Positions 59,501 to 64,000 of a stretch of DNA of 64,000 nucleotides are shown one piece after another. The first letter of the stretch is position 1. The number at the start of each line of letters is the position of its first letter. Origin of the DNA: Fimbriimonadia bacterium (GTDB taxonomy: Bacteria > Armatimonadota > Fimbriimonadia > Fimbriimonadales > JABRVX01); assembly GCA_041483895.1 (NCBI GenBank), contig JBGPGO010000011.1, positions 1-64,000 on the forward strand, given 5' to 3'. A program made the translations under genes and the position numbers. The notes beneath the pieces were generated by a model. It was not told the origin of the DNA. It saw only the letters and a program-made list of their open reading frames with translations, and searched no databases.

Positions 59501-59737
59501 TTTGCCGCCGCGATCCGCGAAGGCTCCTTCCGGCGAATCGAGCCGCATATTCACCATGCGGCTCTCCGAATCGGGGCCGTGACACTTGAAGCACTTGTCC
59601 GAGAGAATGGGAAGTATGTCGCGCGAAAAGCTGATCTTAGCCGGAGCGGCCTGCACGGCGTTAAACGCCGATGTTGTCAGCCAACTCATGCCGACAACCA
59701 GCAAAAAGAGCGTGGAGACCCCGCGACCGACCTTCAT
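56576..59737 (-). CDS. PSD1/DUF1549/DUF1553 cytochrome c domain protein with LamG-like insert
   Basis: [37 protein letters not shown]. Confidence 0.93.
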   Translation of the reverse strand: MKVGRGVSTLFLLVVGMSWLTTSAFNAVQAAPAKISFSRDILPILSDKCFKCHGPDSESRMVNMRLDSPEGAFADRGGKWPIVPGQPSKSLVVKRITAHEMPPTFSGKTLSKEEIATITQWIAEGAHYGKLWSFESLPASVPVPNVKSNWPRNDIDRFVLARLIRENLSPSPPAPRERWLRRATYDLTGLPPTEDEIAAFLADTGANAYERVVDRLLASPHYGERISVDWLDAARYSDSYGYQSDLLMPTWPYRDWVVKSFNENLPYNQFLMNQLAGDLLPSPTRDQRLATAFNRLHRQSNEGGSIAAEFKNEYAVDRVDTFGTAMLGLTVGCARCHDHKFDPITQREYYQFYAYFNSINEYGLLLSSEIVPTPSLLLPTPEQEAKLGKLRSESDAALRARDQAGKDAEPRYKHWLAGRPVRAETPDVVAHISLDTIDADKFPSSVGKAFGAKLGNVELVPGKSGKAVEFDGDNGITVRGLPAKERWEAFTWSFWIADPRQTGPVVLLHRTGGTDVGFCGFDLMLENGYLTARVMRHWPGNAVAIRTQSQVPKSAWSHIGWSWDGSGRAAGLQLYIDGRPAKTTIIVDQLWKKINGYGDLGPSGGDWAFGQRFRDAGFKGGKLDELTFAQRALSPLEITQLYDGVPLTAVLKSPAIGLREYYISALDEQARSAQAAVQKAQTDLANFEEGIMEISVMQDAPTPNPAYVLRRGQYDAPRTAENRVTRGVPKSLPALGSTTRNDRLALAKWVTRPDNPLTARVAVNRIWQMLFGVGLVETSENFGIQGSRPTHPELLDYLARHFIDSGWNVKELIREIVLSSTYRQDSVRTKKLIDADPLNRLYARGPSLRLSAEMVRDTVLAASGLLNPKMGGPPVNAYQPAGIWTENNGMTPQFVQSTGTELYRRSIYSTWKRTSPVPSMLIFDANSREACTVRRPTTNTPLQALVLLNDVQFVEAARVLAERVLQMNTGDAARIKTVFVRLAGRSPDARESVLLMQTFIEQRRQFRLDPDSARRLISFGDSKADSALNPVELAAMTVMVQTVMNSDAVIWKR

Positions 59738-59808
59738 GCCCACTAGGTTACCGAATCTTGAGCGATCATTGCGAATGGCTCCCATTCCGTCTATGTCACA
59801 ATGAGCGG

Positions 59809-61599
59809 GTGCACTCCACGTCTCAGCAAGCAGGGCTCCGCAGGCTATGGCGTTATGCCCGCCCTCACCGCAGCCAAGTAATCTTCGCCACCACGTACAC
59901 CACGCTCGGCAAGGTGATGGACGTTGTGCCGGAGGTTCTGATCGGGGCGGTGATCGATGTCATTGTCCGTGGAAATGACTCGTTCGTTGCCACGCAGTTT
60001 GGAATTGGGGATCGGTGGCATCAACTGCTGGCGCTTGCGGCGGCCAATGTCATTGCATGGATATTGGAGTCAGTATTCGGTTACCTGTCGTTGATCACAT
60101 GGCGAAATCTCTCGCAAACAATCGAGCATGAGCTGCGCCTGGACCTGTACCGCCACGTGCAGACGTTGGAGGTGGCATGGTTCGAAGACCGGACGAGCGG
60201 CGGACTGCTCAGTATTCTCAATGATGATATCAATCAGCTGGAACGGTTCCTCGATGGCGGCGCGAGCTCGATCATAACTTTGTTCTGGAACATAATCCTC
60301 GTCGGCGCGGTTTTCGCCGCAAGCTCGCTCCTCGTTACTGTCTTGGCCTTTCTGCCCATTCCTATCATTGTTTACGGATCAATTCTCTATCAGCGAAGGC
60401 TGCAGCCGTTATATGGCAGGGTCCGGGAAGCGGTTTCGGAACTGAGCTCGACAATGAGCACGAATCTGGGCGGCATTACCACCATCAAGGCCTTTACCGC
60501 GGAGGCGCGCGAGTCCGAGCGGGTAGGCGGTGTTTCTGATGACTATCGGTTGGCGAATCGCGATGCGATCCGATATTCCTCCGCCTTTGTCCCGCTGATC
60601 CGCATGGCGATTCTGACCGGCTTTAGCTGCACATTGGTTGTCGGCGGCTGGTTGGTTCTGCACCGTCAGATGGAGGTCGGCATCTACTCGGTGCTCGTCT
60701 TTATGACCCAACGATTGCTGTGGCCGATGACATCGCTTGGCGAGACATTGGACCAATACCAGCGCGCGATGGCATCGACACGGCGCATATTCGGACTGCT
60801 GGAGATTCGGCCCACGATGCAGGAGGGTTTCAAGCCGCTGGCGGAACCGATTCGCGGAGAGATCTGTCTTAGGGATGTGTCGTTTGGCTATGGCGACGGC
60901 GTGGATATTCTTAACGGGATCAATATCACCATTCCCGCAGGAGAATCGCATGCGATTGTGGGCGCGACCGGGGCAGGAAAATCCACGATCGTTCGCCTGC
61001 TCTTGCGGTTTCACGATCCGCGCGTCGGCACTGTTTCGATTGACGATCAGGACCTGCGCACGCTCAGCTATTCCAGTCTTCGCGGGGCGATCGGCTATGT
61101 CAGCCAGGATGTGTTTCTCTTTCATGGCACCGTGGCGGACAACATCGCTTACGGGCGGCCCGGAGTTACCGATGAGGAGATCAGAGAAGCGGCGCGGTCG
61201 GCGGAGGCGCATGAGTTTATCCTCGACCTGCCGAACGGCTACAATACCGTCGTGGGCGAACGGGGTCAGAAGCTGTCGGGCGGCCAGAGGCAGAGGCTGT
61301 CGCTTGCGCGCGCCATCATCCGCGATCCGGCCATCTTGGTCTTGGACGAAGCCACGTCGGCTGTGGACAACGAGACGGAGGCGGCTATACAGCGGTCCCT
61401 TGCGCGGGTGACGAAGGGCCGGACTTCGGTCGTCATCGCGCACCGACTCTCAACCGTGCGCGACGCACACAAGATTTGGGTGTTGGAGGCGGGCCGGGTT
61501 ATCGAATCGGGGACCCATGACGAACTGGTTGCAAGGTCAGGTCTCTACGCCGCTTTGTGGCGGGTCCAGACCGGCGAGCTGATGCACGCAGCGAAATGA
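59809..61599 (+). CDS. ABC transporter permease/ATP-binding protein (MsbA/MdlB-like exporter)
   Basis: TM domain; GATGAGKS, LSGGQRQR, LDEATS, IAHRLS. Confidence 0.95.
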   Translation: MHSTSQQAGLRRLWRYARPHRSQVIFATTYTTLGKVMDVVPEVLIGAVIDVIVRGNDSFVATQFGIGDRWHQLLALAAANVIAWILESVFGYLSLITWRNLSQTIEHELRLDLYRHVQTLEVAWFEDRTSGGLLSILNDDINQLERFLDGGASSIITLFWNIILVGAVFAASSLLVTVLAFLPIPIIVYGSILYQRRLQPLYGRVREAVSELSSTMSTNLGGITTIKAFTAEARESERVGGVSDDYRLANRDAIRYSSAFVPLIRMAILTGFSCTLVVGGWLVLHRQMEVGIYSVLVFMTQRLLWPMTSLGETLDQYQRAMASTRRIFGLLEIRPTMQEGFKPLAEPIRGEICLRDVSFGYGDGVDILNGINITIPAGESHAIVGATGAGKSTIVRLLLRFHDPRVGTVSIDDQDLRTLSYSSLRGAIGYVSQDVFLFHGTVADNIAYGRPGVTDEEIREAARSAEAHEFILDLPNGYNTVVGERGQKLSGGQRQRLSLARAIIRDPAILVLDEATSAVDNETEAAIQRSLARVTKGRTSVVIAHRLSTVRDAHKIWVLEAGRVIESGTHDELVARSGLYAALWRVQTGELMHAAK

Positions 61600-61655
61600 A
61601 TCACGTGCGCCTTCTGGTGCTCAGATTGCCTAAGAGCACGATGCACGCCTGCCGG

Positions 61656-62486
61656 TTATTCGTTGAACCGATCAATTGGATCTTGGCTAAGCCGCATCGG
61701 GCCGACGTAGCTCGTCGAAATCACTACATCATCGAACCAGACGCGGTTGATTCGCTTCGAATCGTGCACATACAGATCGAGCGAGAAGGAATTCAGGCGC
61801 AGATCGGTGGTCTCGCGCCAACGAATTCCTTTCCATTCGCCCTGCTTGACCCCATCAACCCAGAACGCCTGCTCGCCATCCGACTTGCCCGGCGCGTTCA
61901 CCTTGATCATCATCTCTAGGCAGACCCATTTGCCACGCGGCATCACGAACGGCTTCTCCGGCATGAATTGATTGCCCCAGTACGGACCCGTTTTGTCCGG
62001 CTTCATGTCGGGGTAGTAGGTGTAGAAGTTCATTGCGCCGGGGGGAGGGTATTTGCCATACGCCCTCCACGGTTCCAGGTTCGAAACAAAGAAATCGGTC
62101 CCAGTTGGCTTTTTGCCCGCCTGCCCGGCGGCAGACCACTTGTTGTCGGTTCGGTTCCCAGCGAGCGCGCACAGATGCATCAGGTTTCCCTGGTCGAAGT
62201 CTTCGGCGAACTTCACATACCATCGAACGTAGACCTGATCGTATCCCGGGAGGAACCATCGCACCATGTGCCCGCCGGCGCCTTTTCCCACCTTTGCCGT
62301 CATCTCCACTGAGCGCTTGCCCGAATGCACGTTCGCGGCATCTGTAGTAAGGCGCAATCGAGTGGTGTCGTCGAATCGCGCGTCACCCCAGTGGTCCTTC
62401 AGTTCGCCTTTCTCAAAACCGTCCTGGAAGATGACATCGGCATGGGACAACGTCATCATAGCAAACGCTATTAGCAAACAGTTCAT
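61656..62486 (-). CDS. Secreted concanavalin/polysaccharide lyase-like beta-jelly-roll protein
   Basis: IFQDGFE, YVRWYVKF, GKWVCLE, WVDG, WFDDVVIS. Confidence 0.75.
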   Translation of the reverse strand: MNCLLIAFAMMTLSHADVIFQDGFEKGELKDHWGDARFDDTTRLRLTTDAANVHSGKRSVEMTAKVGKGAGGHMVRWFLPGYDQVYVRWYVKFAEDFDQGNLMHLCALAGNRTDNKWSAAGQAGKKPTGTDFFVSNLEPWRAYGKYPPPGAMNFYTYYPDMKPDKTGPYWGNQFMPEKPFVMPRGKWVCLEMMIKVNAPGKSDGEQAFWVDGVKQGEWKGIRWRETTDLRLNSFSLDLYVHDSKRINRVWFDDVVISTSYVGPMRLSQDPIDRFNE

Positions 62487-63748
62487 ATCCCGCTATTCTC
62501 ACTCATGGCGATGCTTCCCTGCACCGGCTTGCTCGACTTATCCACGCATGCCGCCTTTTGGATGATGGCTTTAGGATTTTGATTCGTTATCGGATCCGCG
62601 GCGCGGTAGTTGCGCATGCTGCATCCGACGAGGGAAATCGACACGGTATCGGCGCCTTCGACAAGCAGAAAGTCCTGGGACTGGCCCAGGGTTGTCAGAG
62701 CGCCGTTGGGTCCGGAGAACGACTCCACGTTGGTCATCGATACATGGCCTTTGCCCCGAACAATGATCGGATGTATGTCTTCGATCCGCGGCCCGCAATT
62801 CGCGATAATTGATCCGTTGCACAGCATCCACGTGCGATTGAAATCGTTGTCACCCTGCTTGAGGATGCCTACCGTTACGCAGTCGAAGTTGAAGTTCGTA
62901 ATCTGTCCATACGACGCAGGGCCGCAGGAAAGCCCACCGTATGTGCCAAACGTGAACACACCCTCCAACTGTGCGTTGTCCGTGTGATCGATGTCATAGG
63001 CGAACGTCTTTTTGGCAACGACGGAATCGATGACCGCCTTGGAATACCCGCCCCGGAACAGACGCAAATTGGCAGGATTAACATGGCACTCCAACACGCG
63101 CGGAATGTCGTAGCATCGATCGATTCGCACGAACCGGCCGCTAAGCGGGTAACCGTAGCAATGCTCGATCAGAATCTGTTCGCACGGGGCGCTGGGCGCG
63201 GCGGCAAAGTCCATCGCGGTGTACTCTCCATAGAAGGTCAGGCAGGAAAGTGTGACGCCTTGCGCCGGACTGGTCTGCGATACTTGAATCGTTGGAGGGT
63301 AGGCGATTATTTTGGCCGGATCGGATAGCGTCTGGTCGGGATACCAGAACTGAATCCCTCTCACCTGTGTAGCGGCTTCGACCGTTAGGAATGGCCGTTC
63401 CCTATCACGAATTGCGATTACGCTTCCGACGGGCTGGGCCTTCGTCGGATGCTTCGTGCCGCGGCCGACCGGACCGTGCACGCCGATCAGGGATACGTTC
63501 CGGCGCAGGACGATTCCGCCGCCAATCGGATACGGCTCGTCCGAGGGTTCGACGTACAGAGCGGCTCCGCGGGAACTGGCCCAGTCGATGGCGGCTTGGA
63601 GCTTCAGGGCGTTGAGTTCCGGGGTGTTGGTCGGCAAAACGCCGAAGGACTGGATGCTCCTGCCGACCAACACATTCATCGCACCGTCAGTTTGTGGCGG
63701 TACGCAGAGCGTGCTGAGCGCAATCAGGAGTGTCATTTGGCAGATCAT
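62483..63748 (-). CDS. Secreted pectin-lyase-fold (beta-helix) protein
   Basis: LQAAID..GAALYV..VSLIG; periodic beta-helix pattern. Confidence 0.72.
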   Translation of the reverse strand: MICQMTLLIALSTLCVPPQTDGAMNVLVGRSIQSFGVLPTNTPELNALKLQAAIDWASSRGAALYVEPSDEPYPIGGGIVLRRNVSLIGVHGPVGRGTKHPTKAQPVGSVIAIRDRERPFLTVEAATQVRGIQFWYPDQTLSDPAKIIAYPPTIQVSQTSPAQGVTLSCLTFYGEYTAMDFAAAPSAPCEQILIEHCYGYPLSGRFVRIDRCYDIPRVLECHVNPANLRLFRGGYSKAVIDSVVAKKTFAYDIDHTDNAQLEGVFTFGTYGGLSCGPASYGQITNFNFDCVTVGILKQGDNDFNRTWMLCNGSIIANCGPRIEDIHPIIVRGKGHVSMTNVESFSGPNGALTTLGQSQDFLLVEGADTVSISLVGCSMRNYRAADPITNQNPKAIIQKAACVDKSSKPVQGSIAMSENSGI

Positions 63749-64000
63749 GTGGCTAGTATGGCCGCAATCGATCGCATTATCACTTGGCAAAAGTCATTGG
63801 CGCTCGGAGATACGCGAGGATTGTTGTCAGCAGGTCGATCCAAAGTGACCAATCTGCGCAACTCGTAGCAAAAATAAATACCAGACCTACCAAAATGCCT
63901 CCCACAATTTCTCCATCGCAAACGGTCATAGTCCGCGACCATCTCGTAGGCGGTAAGGGAGCCGTCGTTCTTATTATCCATAGTGAGGACGAGAAAGGAA

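Noticed and set aside
63745..63981. 78-aa ORF at the window end
   Set aside because: It has no recognisable motif and its context is cut by the window edge, so it cannot be supported.

Overview
This is a GC-rich bacterial chromosomal window. The lineage is probably Armatimonadota (Fimbriimonadia-like), inferred only from gene content: PEP-CTERM proteins, C-terminal dockerin-like tags, orphan prepilin-type proteins and DUF1553/DUF1501 pairs. It holds about 60 CDS and no recognisable rRNA, tRNA, CRISPR array or intact transposase. Housekeeping genes include rfbD, dnaX-ybaB-recR, tdk, recO-mpg and a malic enzyme. There are several secreted hydrolases (GH42-like, S8, M28, GH127, GH84, CRTAC1/ASPIC). 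Four features stand out. (1) A tandem array of at least 6 paralogous single-domain PEP-CTERM proteins (1-4793) has a cohesin-like sequence pattern and near-identical DNA blocks flanking variable cores. An orphan dockerin-like reading frame lies inside the array and other dockerin-like tags occur in the window, suggesting a possible exosortase-anchored cohesin-dockerin surface display system. (2) A membrane operon of unknown function (DUF6754-type) includes a lipoprotein with five tandem Wza/Poly_export-like repeats fused to a polytopic membrane domain. (3) A DUF1553-DUF1501 pair is split by a 4.5 kb insert carrying a KAP P-loop NTPase, and palindromic or short tandem repeats have inserted in frame into both host genes. 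(4) At least five distinct families of small palindromic (REP/MITE-like) repeats are present. All family assignments come from motif recognition by eye, not from database searches.
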